A DNA stretch of 64,000 nucleotides from Halorutilales archaeon Cl-col2-1 (GCA_041891055.1 CP169074.1:1184001-1248000), one strand, 5' to 3'. Shown: positions 26,694 through 35,315, numbered from the stretch's first letter. Numbers and translations: made by a program. The notes: a model not told the origin generated them from the letters alone.

Positions 26694-27469
26694 CCGTCGG
26701 TCACCTCGTCTACTATCTCAGAATGTACACCCGGCGTCGCGGCAACTAGGTCAGAGCACTCGTCGGGACGTAGACGCATCTCTATCTCGTCTCCGTCGGA
26801 GTCTGTGACCACACCCCCCGCCTCCTCGACTATGAGCTTCGAGGCGGCGAAGTCGACGACACGTAGCTTCGAACGTAGATCCATGAAGGCATCGAGACGG
26901 TCTGCGGCGGCGTACGACATCTCCAGGCTCGCCGATCCCAGTACTCTCAGACGTTTGAAGCTCGATACATCGATCCTACTCGTGTTGTATATCCCAACGC
27001 TCATTCTGTGTAGATCCGTGTCGTCTGACATCTCTATCCTCTCGCCGTTCAAGTAGGCTCCTTCTCCTCTACGGGCAGTGAAACATTCGTCGCACTTGAG
27101 TTCCCTCACATAGCCGTACTCGGCGTCTTCTGTCGTCCTGCCGTCGGCGATACAGACCGAGACGGTATAGAGAGGTATTCCGACTGATGCGTTGTAGGTT
27201 CCGTCGACGGGATCGAGTACGACAGTGAACTCGGGGTCGCCGTAGACGACCTCGCCGACCTCCTCGCTTATGACCCTGAGGTCGCCGTACTCCTCTAAGA
27301 CATCGAGTGCGGCGTCCTCCGCAGTCCTGTCTATGTACTTCGTCGGGGTTCCGTCGGCTCCGGTTCCGACGACCTCGTCGGCTCTCGCACCGTCTATCTT
27401 CGAGACGCTCGACTCGACGGCATCGCCGACTTCCTCACACAGGCTCTTCATCTCGGTTCCGTGTATCAT
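26690..27469 (-). CDS. Inositol monophosphatase / FBPase family phosphatase
   Basis: GADGTPT, ISEE, LDPVDGTYN, DFAASKLIVEEAGG. Confidence 0.92.
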   Translation of the reverse strand: MIHGTEMKSLCEEVGDAVESSVSKIDGARADEVVGTGADGTPTKYIDRTAEDAALDVLEEYGDLRVISEEVGEVVYGDPEFTVVLDPVDGTYNASVGIPLYTVSVCIADGRTTEDAEYGYVRELKCDECFTARRGEGAYLNGERIEMSDDTDLHRMSVGIYNTSRIDVSSFKRLRVLGSASLEMSYAAADRLDAFMDLRSKLRVVDFAASKLIVEEAGGVVTDSDGDEIEMRLRPDECSDLVAATPGVHSEIVDEVTDG

Positions 27470-27471
27470 GC

Positions 27472-28041
27472 TTAGGAATCGGTGTCAGTGTCAGTATCGC
27501 TGAGTATCTCGACCTCTCCGTCGACTACATCGACCTCTATGAGGCTCTTGAACTCCGTCTCTATTTCTCTCTCGTCCGATCTCTTCTGTATGACAGTGAC
27601 GACATCAGCGACCTCGGCACCTATGTCTTCGAGTGCTCCGACGATAGACGAAAGTGTCCCGCCCGTCGAGACGACGTCGTCGAGGAGTACGACGGTGTCG
27701 CCCTCGTTGACGTTGTTTATGTACATCTCGTTCTCGGAGTAGCCCGTCGTCTGGCGCACCTGTGTCTCACCCTCTAAGCCGTATCCCCTCTTCCTCACAA
27801 CGACCACAGGGACGTCGGTCGCGAGCGAGACAGCAGTCGAGATATGTATACCCATCGCTTCGGGGGCAACTATCTTGTCCGCCTTCTCGACCTCCGACTT
27901 ACGCAGAATCCCCGTCACGATCTCGCGGAGAAGGGACGGTTCGAGAAGAGGTATGCCGTCGGTGATCGGATGGACGAAGTAGTCGTAGTCTCCCTTCGAG
28001 ACCACGGGAGCGTTGAGAAGCGACTCTCTGAGCCTTTCCAT
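27472..28041 (-). CDS. hpt: Hypoxanthine/guanine phosphoribosyltransferase (archaeal)
   Basis: YFVHPITDG, EAMGI, LLDDVVSTGGT. Confidence 0.9.
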   Translation of the reverse strand: MERLRESLLNAPVVSKGDYDYFVHPITDGIPLLEPSLLREIVTGILRKSEVEKADKIVAPEAMGIHISTAVSLATDVPVVVVRKRGYGLEGETQVRQTTGYSENEMYINNVNEGDTVVLLDDVVSTGGTLSSIVGALEDIGAEVADVVTVIQKRSDEREIETEFKSLIEVDVVDGEVEILSDTDTDTDS

Positions 28042-28088
28042 GGTATGAGATGACAGACTGCCTACTAAGTCTTCACGGTAGGCACGTG

Positions 28089-28424
28089 TCAGACCTCTAT
28101 GTATCTACTCAGCTTACCGACTGCTTTCTCGACAGTAGCCGCCCTAAGTTCGCCCTGTTGGCTGTCGAGGTCACGTTTCTTGACCGTAGTCACGTACCAG
28201 GGTGAGATATACGAGTCCTTGTCGGAGCCTCCTCGAACCCAGTCAGTGTCCTGTACTTCGATTCCTTCGGAATGTGTCTGGGAAGTCATAGCGAGCACGA
28301 TACATTCGTCCTTCGAGAAAGGATGTCTTTCATCGCTTATTATCAGCCAGGGTCGGTAGGCAGGAGACGACTTATGTGGTGCAGGACCCCACCAGACTTC
28401 ACCATATCCGTAGTCGTTAGACAT
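28089..28424 (-). CDS. PemK/MazF-like toxin
   Basis: GEVWW...RPWLIIS...IVLAMTS PemK pattern. Confidence 0.75.
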   Translation of the reverse strand: MSNDYGYGEVWWGPAPHKSSPAYRPWLIISDERHPFSKDECIVLAMTSQTHSEGIEVQDTDWVRGGSDKDSYISPWYVTTVKKRDLDSQQGELRAATVEKAVGKLSRYIEV

Positions 28425-28784
28425 CTATGGGTTCTCCGTCTCAGACTCGACGCCGCGACCCCATTCCTCGGGGTCTTCGGCTCCGAGACGCTGTGTCACA
28501 GCACGTGACACCGACATCGAAGTCAGTGTCTTGTCGAGATCCTCGACATCACCTACTGCCCAGTACTCTCCGCGGTGACGGACGAGATCCCTCTCCTCCA
28601 GACGCGACAGGACGACGCCGACACTTCCCCTTGCGACACCGGTTTCTTCGTGTATCTCCTTCGGAGTGTATGCCTTATCGGGGTTCGAGGCTAAGAAAGA
28701 AAGTATCTCCTCGGAGTTAGTCTTCCCCTCGGAACGTAGCTCAGTCTCCGAGTCCTCCTCGAAGCTCTCTATGTCGATGGGCAT
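28425..28784 (-). CDS. Winged-helix protein, putative cognate antitoxin
   Basis: AYTPKEIHEETGVARGSVGVVLSRLEERDLVRHRGEYW; abuts the toxin gene. Confidence 0.75.
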   Translation of the reverse strand: MPIDIESFEEDSETELRSEGKTNSEEILSFLASNPDKAYTPKEIHEETGVARGSVGVVLSRLEERDLVRHRGEYWAVGDVEDLDKTLTSMSVSRAVTQRLGAEDPEEWGRGVESETENP

Positions 28785-28830
28785 ACTACTCGTACGCAAC
28801 CCCGTGTAATAGATGTAATGGCTATAAGTT

Positions 28831-29781
28831 TCAGTCGAGAGCGTCGGCGGCTAGACGTATCGCAGACTCGGGGTCGGAACCGAGGGGCGATCCCACGACT
28901 ACGGTGTCTACGCCGACCTCGAAGAGTTCGTCGACCTGCTTTCGGCAGTCGTCAGGTGTGCCATGGACTGAGAACGAGTCGAGCATGTTAGGTGTCACGA
29001 GAGAGAACGCCTCCGAGAACTCGCCCTCCTCTATCTTCTCGCCTATCTCGTCGGCGATCTCCTTGTCTATGTCGTGTCTGTCGAGTACAGGCGGGGGCGA
29101 CGCCGACGCAACGAAAGAGACGGGCTGACGTGCTGCCTCCGCTGCCTTCTCTGGGTCTTCGTCTACGGAGAACGAGGTGTAGGCGACTATCTCAGCATCG
29201 GTCTCGCCTATCTGTTCGAGAGACCACTCGAAGTCGTCGGGGTGTGACGCGTTTATGAGTATTCCGTCGCCGTGATCCGCCGCCATCCTGAGCATGTTGG
29301 GACCCTGAGCACCTATGTAGACGGGGATATCACGTGAGTCGTAGTTGAGCTTCGCTCCGTTTGCGAGACCGTCTACGTCCATACTCTCGCCACGGAAGAG
29401 ACCCCGCGAGAGCTTCACGGCGTCGAGTACTTCGTATAAGGGAGACTCCCTCTCGACGTCGAGCGCCTTGAGAGTGTTTGGGTCTCCAGGTCCTAAGCCG
29501 AAACGCACCCTTCCGTCGCTCATCTCGTCGAGTGTCGCCATCGCGCTCGCAGTCCACGCTGGATGTGCGTAGTAGGGGTTGGTGATCCCCGTTCCTATTC
29601 CAATCTCGTCTGTCGCACGCGCTATAGCCGTGAGAGCCACGATGGGGTTCCTGTTGTTGTAATGGTCGGTGATCCAGATTCCCTCGAAGCCCTCCTCCTC
29701 TGCGACCTCGGAGAGTTCGACGAGTTCGTCGACGGGTTCCTCGGCTACGAGCTCTATTTCGAGACTGTCCATACGTGTCAT
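28831..29781 (-). CDS. F420-dependent LLM-family oxidoreductase (methylene-H4MPT reductase-like)
   Basis: WITDHYNNR, GITNPY, GLGPGD, GAQGP, INASHP, VVGSPLG. Confidence 0.88.
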   Translation of the reverse strand: MTRMDSLEIELVAEEPVDELVELSEVAEEEGFEGIWITDHYNNRNPIVALTAIARATDEIGIGTGITNPYYAHPAWTASAMATLDEMSDGRVRFGLGPGDPNTLKALDVERESPLYEVLDAVKLSRGLFRGESMDVDGLANGAKLNYDSRDIPVYIGAQGPNMLRMAADHGDGILINASHPDDFEWSLEQIGETDAEIVAYTSFSVDEDPEKAAEAARQPVSFVASASPPPVLDRHDIDKEIADEIGEKIEEGEFSEAFSLVTPNMLDSFSVHGTPDDCRKQVDELFEVGVDTVVVGSPLGSDPESAIRLAADALD

Positions 29782-29874
29782 ACGTCCGAGACGCGTTTTG
29801 TCCTTTCGGTGTTAATCGATACCTTAATACTCGGGAACCAATACGTCAATAATGACAGATTCGGTGGTAATTGA

Positions 29875-32745
29875 ATGTCAACAATAAGACAAGCTAACGA
29901 GGAGTACGAGAACTTCGTGGTCGAGTACTTCGCCCACGACGACGGAACAGTCGCAGAGATAACAGTTTCAAACCCGCCCGTCAACGCCCTCAACTCGACG
30001 GCTCTCAACGAGCTTAACGGGATAGTCGACGAGATAGAGGAGGAAGCCGACGCAGCGGTCATCACGGGTGAAGGAACCACGGCTTTCGTCGCGGGGGCTG
30101 ACATAGAGGAGTTCCTCGAACAGGACGAAGCCGACGACGTCGAGGCGATGTGCGAGACCGCACACACAGCATTCGACAAGATAGAGAGCCTCGACATCCC
30201 CGTAGTCTCGGCTGTCAACGGAGTCGCGCTCGGAGGAGGAAACGAGCTCCAGATGTCGACCCATTACACGGTCGTCGACGGAGACGCCGAGTTCGGACAG
30301 CCCGAAATCAACCTGTATATAATACCCGGATACGGAGGCACACAGCGTCTCCCGAGACTCGCCTACGACGAGAACGGCGACGAGGGATACAAGCAGGCTG
30401 CCTACATGATCCTCAACGGCAGGAACTACTCCGCCGATGAGGCTCTCGAGATGGGATTCGTCGACGAGGTAGTCGACAAGGAAGCCGCCGTCAACAGGGC
30501 ACACGACCTCGCCTACGGCTACATCACGGGAGAAGACGACACTCTCGAAGACGCACACTCCCAGAGACAGTCCGACCGTGAGCGGTGGGAGTCGGGAGAC
30601 GACTATCCCGACCTCTCCGACGACGCCGAGTACAGCCGTATACTCACACAGTCGGAGGACGTCGGACGCGCCCCCGCAGTCGAAGCCGCAGTCGAGGCTA
30701 TCGAAGAGGGATTCGAGAACGGAATATCCGACGGACTAGAAGCAGAGGGTGAGCTCTTCGGAGAGGTCGTCGTCGACGATGACCTCGGTAAGACGGGTAT
30801 ACAGGACTTCCTCGACGGGAGTTCGAACCCGCTTCCCCTCAAGCCCCACGACCCGCCGCTCGTCCCTGACGAGGAGACGAAGGAGGAGCTAATAGAGGAC
30901 GGCGTCGTACTTCCGCCCGACTCGCCCTTCTACCCCGGAGCGACCCCCGTCCCCGACTACCAGCTCGCGTGGGCACTCACGGGAGACGAAGAGACAGGAG
31001 AGCCCGACCACGGTGAGCCCGTCGAAGACGGAGCCGAGAAGGAGATCGTCGTGCCTGTCGAGGATCCGGGTCCCAACGACGCCCTTCTCTACATGCTGAC
31101 GTCTGAGGTCAATTACAACGACGTCTGGGCTATAACGGGAATACCCGTCTCGACCTACAAGAACTACGACAAGGACTACCACATAACCGGATCGGGAGGT
31201 CTCGCTCTCGTCGCCGAGACGGGACAGGCTCTCAAGGAAGAGGGACGTATAGAGGTAGGCGACCTCGTCCACGTCTATGCGGGACAGTTCGACGTCCTCT
31301 CGCCCAACGTCGGACGCGACCCGATGGACGCGAGCTACGAGATACAGGGATACCAGACCCCTGACGGGTCGCACCAGCAGTTCATGGTCGCACAGGGTCC
31401 CCAGCTCTTCAAGCCTCCTCAGAACCTCGACCTCACCGAGGCGGGAAGCTACATACTCACGATGGGTACGATCTACCGTGCCCTCTTCACCAACCTCGAC
31501 GTCGAGCCCGACAAGAACATATTCATAGAGGGGTCGTCGACGGGTACGGGAAGAGACGCAGTCATGATGGCTTCGTCACGTGGACTCAACGTCACGGGAC
31601 TTGTCTCGAGCGACGATCGTGCCGAGAGAGCCAAGGACGCTGGCGCTCACGCCGCGATCAACAGGAAGCAGGAGGCTCTCGAAGACGCGATGCATATGGT
31701 TCCGAACGACCCCGACGAGTGGGACGACTGGGTCGAAGCGGGTCAGCCTCTCCTCGACGAGTACCGTGAGAAGAACGACGGCGACCTCGCCGACTACGTC
31801 ATATCACACGCCGGAGCGCACGCCTTCTCGCGCTCGTACCAGCTCCTCGACGACGGCGGACGTCTCGCCTTCTACGGAGCCTCGACGGGATACGAGATGG
31901 CGTTCATCGGAAAGGGCGGCGAGGCGACGCCCGAGGAGATGTACAGACGTGCCGACCTCCGCGCCGGAGAGGGCGTCATGGTCTGGTACGGTACGCCCGA
32001 GGACGTCGAGGGCGTAGAGGACGAAGTCGGAGAGGAAGCCATAGAGGCGGCTATAGACAACGACGCACGTGTGGCTGTCGTCACAGAGACCGACGAACAG
32101 AAGGAGTACGTCGAGGACAGCTACGATGTCGAGGGCGTCGTATCACTCGACGAGATAGACGAACAGAGTGACAGGTTTGAGTGGCTCGACACGATGCCCC
32201 AGCTTCCGGGTCCGAGCAACCCCGACGAGCTTTCGGCGGCTATCGGCGACTACATGAACAAGATGTTCAAGCCGATAGGTATCGCGGTGGGTCAGATACT
32301 CGAAACACCCGACAACCCGCGTGGAAACCCCGAGGTCATATTCGAGAGAGCGGGACAGAACACACTCTCCGCCTCGACTATGATGTGTTCGTCGTACATG
32401 GGTAAGGTCGTCTTCTCCGAGGACATGGAAGGAGACCGTTACTCGTTCTACGCGCCTCAGGTCTGGATGCGTCAGAGACGTATCTACATGCCGTCGACCG
32501 AGATATTCGGTACGCACATGAAGAACCACTACGAGGTCAAGCAGATGAACTCCGCAATAGAGCAGGGCATCTTCGACATACCCGAGACACATCTCACGCC
32601 TTGGGACGAGGCTCCCGTCGCTCACCAGGAGATGTGGGACAACGTCCACGAGGAAGGCTCGTACGTCATAAACCACGCTCTCCCTGAGGACGGTCTTGAG
32701 ACGAAGGAAGAGCTTCTCGAGACGTGGGAAGAAGAGTGGAGCTGA
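29875..32745 (+). CDS. Enoyl-CoA hydratase + enoyl-CoA reductase fusion resembling the dehydratase-reductase part of propionyl-CoA synthase
   Basis: N-terminal crotonase (NPPVNALN, AFVAGADI, GGGNEL, QPEINL, PGYGGTQRLPRL); C-terminal MDR with SEVNYNDVWAITGIPVS, TGSGG, YAPQVWMRQRRI. Confidence 0.88.
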   Translation: MSTIRQANEEYENFVVEYFAHDDGTVAEITVSNPPVNALNSTALNELNGIVDEIEEEADAAVITGEGTTAFVAGADIEEFLEQDEADDVEAMCETAHTAFDKIESLDIPVVSAVNGVALGGGNELQMSTHYTVVDGDAEFGQPEINLYIIPGYGGTQRLPRLAYDENGDEGYKQAAYMILNGRNYSADEALEMGFVDEVVDKEAAVNRAHDLAYGYITGEDDTLEDAHSQRQSDRERWESGDDYPDLSDDAEYSRILTQSEDVGRAPAVEAAVEAIEEGFENGISDGLEAEGELFGEVVVDDDLGKTGIQDFLDGSSNPLPLKPHDPPLVPDEETKEELIEDGVVLPPDSPFYPGATPVPDYQLAWALTGDEETGEPDHGEPVEDGAEKEIVVPVEDPGPNDALLYMLTSEVNYNDVWAITGIPVSTYKNYDKDYHITGSGGLALVAETGQALKEEGRIEVGDLVHVYAGQFDVLSPNVGRDPMDASYEIQGYQTPDGSHQQFMVAQGPQLFKPPQNLDLTEAGSYILTMGTIYRALFTNLDVEPDKNIFIEGSSTGTGRDAVMMASSRGLNVTGLVSSDDRAERAKDAGAHAAINRKQEALEDAMHMVPNDPDEWDDWVEAGQPLLDEYREKNDGDLADYVISHAGAHAFSRSYQLLDDGGRLAFYGASTGYEMAFIGKGGEATPEEMYRRADLRAGEGVMVWYGTPEDVEGVEDEVGEEAIEAAIDNDARVAVVTETDEQKEYVEDSYDVEGVVSLDEIDEQSDRFEWLDTMPQLPGPSNPDELSAAIGDYMNKMFKPIGIAVGQILETPDNPRGNPEVIFERAGQNTLSASTMMCSSYMGKVVFSEDMEGDRYSFYAPQVWMRQRRIYMPSTEIFGTHMKNHYEVKQMNSAIEQGIFDIPETHLTPWDEAPVAHQEMWDNVHEEGSYVINHALPEDGLETKEELLETWEEEWS

Positions 32746-32746
32746 A

Positions 32747-33667
32747 CTAAGCGGTTTTGGGTTTCTGACTCTCTTTTCCTTTATCTTTCTGTTTTTTGCC
32801 CATACTCACGAGACGTTCGGCACGTTGCTTGACGTCTAGACCTAAGCCACCTATCTCCGACTCGTACTCCGACGCCTTGACGAGCGCACGCGCGAGACAT
32901 CTTGGATTTCCCGTGACCTCGACGGCTCTGTCGTCGGCACCGTACTCCTGTCTTCTGCGTATCGAGTACTTTACCCTCTGTACGAGGGGATCGAAGAATA
33001 GGAGACGTCCGAGTATCTCGAAGTAGGGACGGAATCTGCCGTCTAGCTCCTCTATGTGTGCGAGTTCGTGTGCGAGAACTGTCTCAAGTTCCTCGGGTTC
33101 GAGCATTCTAACGAGAGGACTCTTGACTACGACGATGTCCTCGCCGAGCGCTGGCGAGACAAGGGACGGGCTGGCTATCACCATCGTATGTGCCCCCGCC
33201 TCTATGTCGTCGACGGCTAAAAGACGTAGACTCCCCACCTCGAACTCATCTATCAGGCTGTCCAAGTCTACCATCTGGTTTAAATCACGCGTCACTTCTG
33301 CGTTGGCGAGGTCGTCGTACCTATCGAACATCCGTCTCATGCTCCACTGGTTGAAGACGAAGAGTGCTGACAGTAGAGCTACCGAGAGGATGTGTGCGAG
33401 TTCGACGACAGAGACGAGGAGTTCCCACGACAACGGAGGTTTTCCAGTGGTTAACCAGAATCCACTTATGGCGACGAGCATACCGCTCGTCAGCCATAGA
33501 GTCATTATTCCTGCGACCCCGAAGCTAGCGAACATCGACACTACGGCTCTCCTCTTCGAGAGCGCGGCGTAGTAGACCGTAAGGATTCCGAACCAGCCGG
33601 CCCCCGCTACCGAGAGATATAGGAGAACATCCTCGGGACTACTCACCAACGCTTGCAGATCCACCAT
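32747..33667 (-). CDS. M56/M48 family membrane zinc metallopeptidase (BlaR1-like protease domain)
   Basis: Three N-terminal TM helices, ELETVLAHELAH, EYGADDRA, LARALVK. Confidence 0.82.
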   Translation of the reverse strand: MVDLQALVSSPEDVLLYLSVAGAGWFGILTVYYAALSKRRAVVSMFASFGVAGIMTLWLTSGMLVAISGFWLTTGKPPLSWELLVSVVELAHILSVALLSALFVFNQWSMRRMFDRYDDLANAEVTRDLNQMVDLDSLIDEFEVGSLRLLAVDDIEAGAHTMVIASPSLVSPALGEDIVVVKSPLVRMLEPEELETVLAHELAHIEELDGRFRPYFEILGRLLFFDPLVQRVKYSIRRRQEYGADDRAVEVTGNPRCLARALVKASEYESEIGGLGLDVKQRAERLVSMGKKQKDKGKESQKPKTA

Positions 33668-34071
33668 CAGTCAGACACATCCTCCTTAGCTGTCGTTAGT
33701 TCTGACTCAGACTCCTCTTCGGACTCCAAATCCTCACCGTTACACAGCTCATCATCCCTCTTCTTGGAGATCTTCTCATGGAGACTGTCTATTCCCTCAC
33801 AGCCGAAGAGGTCGACTACGTCACGTAGAATTTCGTTGAGGTAGTCCTCCTCGAAGTCGACGTACTCGTAGACGTACCTAGATCCGCCCTTGTAGGGCTC
33901 CTCACGTCTCTCGATTATGTCCTTCTCGTAGAGCCTGTCGAGTATAGTCCCCACCGTGGTGTACGCCTTGTCCTCACCCCTCTCTTCGAGACCATCGACG
34001 ACCTCTCTCACACTCGCTTCCCCCTCGTCCTCTAATACCCCCAGTACCTTTGCCTCCAGGCTTCCGAGCAT
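33667..34071 (-). CDS. BlaI/MecI/CopY family repressor
   Basis: LGSLEAKVL...AYTTVGTILDRLYEK. Confidence 0.88.
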   Translation of the reverse strand: MLGSLEAKVLGVLEDEGEASVREVVDGLEERGEDKAYTTVGTILDRLYEKDIIERREEPYKGGSRYVYEYVDFEEDYLNEILRDVVDLFGCEGIDSLHEKISKKRDDELCNGEDLESEEESESELTTAKEDVSD

Positions 34072-34188
34072 ACACAGAGTTGGGCTTAGAGTAGTATATG
34101 CTTTTTTGATGTAAGACTAGTAGGTTCCTAGAACGAATTCGAAGTATGTACCAGAACAGTTAGTACAACATCAGACAATTGCATAGAT

Positions 34189-34695
34189 ATGGACAGAAGA
34201 GACTTCCTGAAGGCTGCGGGAGCGACATCGATAGCTGGACTCGCCGGCTGTACAGGCGGCGGGGGCGGAGGAAACGGCGGAGACACCGGCGGTGACGGCG
34301 GTGGTGACATGGGAGGTAACGAATCCGGCGGAGATACCGGCGGTGACGGTGGAGGCGACACCGGCGGCGACACTGGTGGAGACTCCGGCGGAAACGGCGG
34401 AGGCGGAACCACGGGACTCCCCGAAGGTGTCTCTCAGGAACAGTTCGACACTGGTCCCGTCCCCGACGCCTACTCGACCGCAACCTCACAGGGTGGTACC
34501 GCCAGAAACCCCGACGTCCTCCAGGCAAAGAGCGGCGTCAGCTACCAGGCAGAGCCGAGTTCGGGTGACCGGTGTGACGGCTGTGTCCAGTACGTACCCG
34601 ACCAGAACGACGACGGCTACGGCGCGTGTTCGCTCGTAGAGGGCTACATCCATCCCCAGGGATGGTGCTCGCTCTACGCTGCGTACCAGGGTTAA
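34189..34695 (+). CDS. TAT lipoprotein with HiPIP (high-potential iron-sulfur) domain
   Basis: DRRDFLK and LAGC lipobox, Gly/Asp linker, YQ...CDGC...C..VEG.I.PQGWC HiPIP Cys pattern. Confidence 0.82.
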   Translation: MDRRDFLKAAGATSIAGLAGCTGGGGGGNGGDTGGDGGGDMGGNESGGDTGGDGGGDTGGDTGGDSGGNGGGGTTGLPEGVSQEQFDTGPVPDAYSTATSQGGTARNPDVLQAKSGVSYQAEPSSGDRCDGCVQYVPDQNDDGYGACSLVEGYIHPQGWCSLYAAYQG

Positions 34696-34778
34696 AGGCA
34701 TCGGCGTCTTCGAGACGAGACATACGTTTCTCTTTCTATGAAAAACATTATTTAAGTCAGAGGCGAAGCGGTAAATGC

Positions 34779-34862
34779 GCGAGGGTAGCCAAGCCTGGAA
34801 ACGGCGGCGGACTCAAGATCCGCTCCTGAAGAGGTCCAAGGGTTCGAATCCCTTCCCTCGCA
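34779..34862 (+). tRNA. tRNA-Leu(CAA)
   Basis: GCGAGGG/CCCTCGC acceptor stem, GCGGA-CTCAAGA-TCCGC anticodon arm, long variable arm, GGTTCGAATCC. Confidence 0.95.
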
Positions 34863-34929
34863 GTGAACGAACGATTCTTAGAGTGAGTGAACGAGAAGGA
34901 AGGTTTGAACCAGGGAACAGAGTGACCGA

Positions 34930-34951
34930 GGTTCGAATCCCTTCCCTCGCA
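34930..34951 (+). repeat. 22-bp direct duplication of the tRNA-Leu 3' end
   Basis: GGTTCGAATCCCTTCCCTCGCA identical to 34841-34862. Confidence 0.9.
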
Positions 34952-35005
34952 TTCGAACTAAGTGAGAATCGAGGGACAGTGAACGAAGTGACCGTTTGGT
35001 CTAGT

Positions 35006-35266
35006 TCATAAACGCTCTATATACGCGACTACGCCTGACTCGGAGTTACGTATCTCCACGAGCTCGCCGCCGTCGAGCTTAGAGACCCACGACTCGACCT
35101 CGTCACAGTCTTCCGACGGCTTTCCTGTCTTTATGGCTATCAGATCGCCCGGCTCCGACGAGTCGAGTTCCTTCTTCGCGTTCATTATAGGCATGAAACA
35201 GACTTCGTCCTCTACGTCTATGACGGCGTCACAGTCTTTCAGAGTCACGGAGTTACTCCCCACCAT
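35006..35266 (-). CDS. TusA/SirA-like sulfur carrier protein
   Basis: IDVEDEVCFMPIMNAKKEL...GDLIAIKT (CPxP-like motif reads CFMP); start at Met46 of the ORF. Confidence 0.72.
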   Translation of the reverse strand: MVGSNSVTLKDCDAVIDVEDEVCFMPIMNAKKELDSSEPGDLIAIKTGKPSEDCDEVESWVSKLDGGELVEIRNSESGVVAYIERL

Positions 35267-35315
35267 ACCCCAAGAACGGCTTCGGGTCTCTAAAGTATTG
35301 GTGTCGTAGGGTAGA

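Noticed and set aside
29875-32745. Autotrophic 3-hydroxypropionate carbon fixation
   Set aside because: No malonyl-CoA reductase, carboxylase or other cycle-specific genes in the window; heterotrophic assimilation is the simpler reading.
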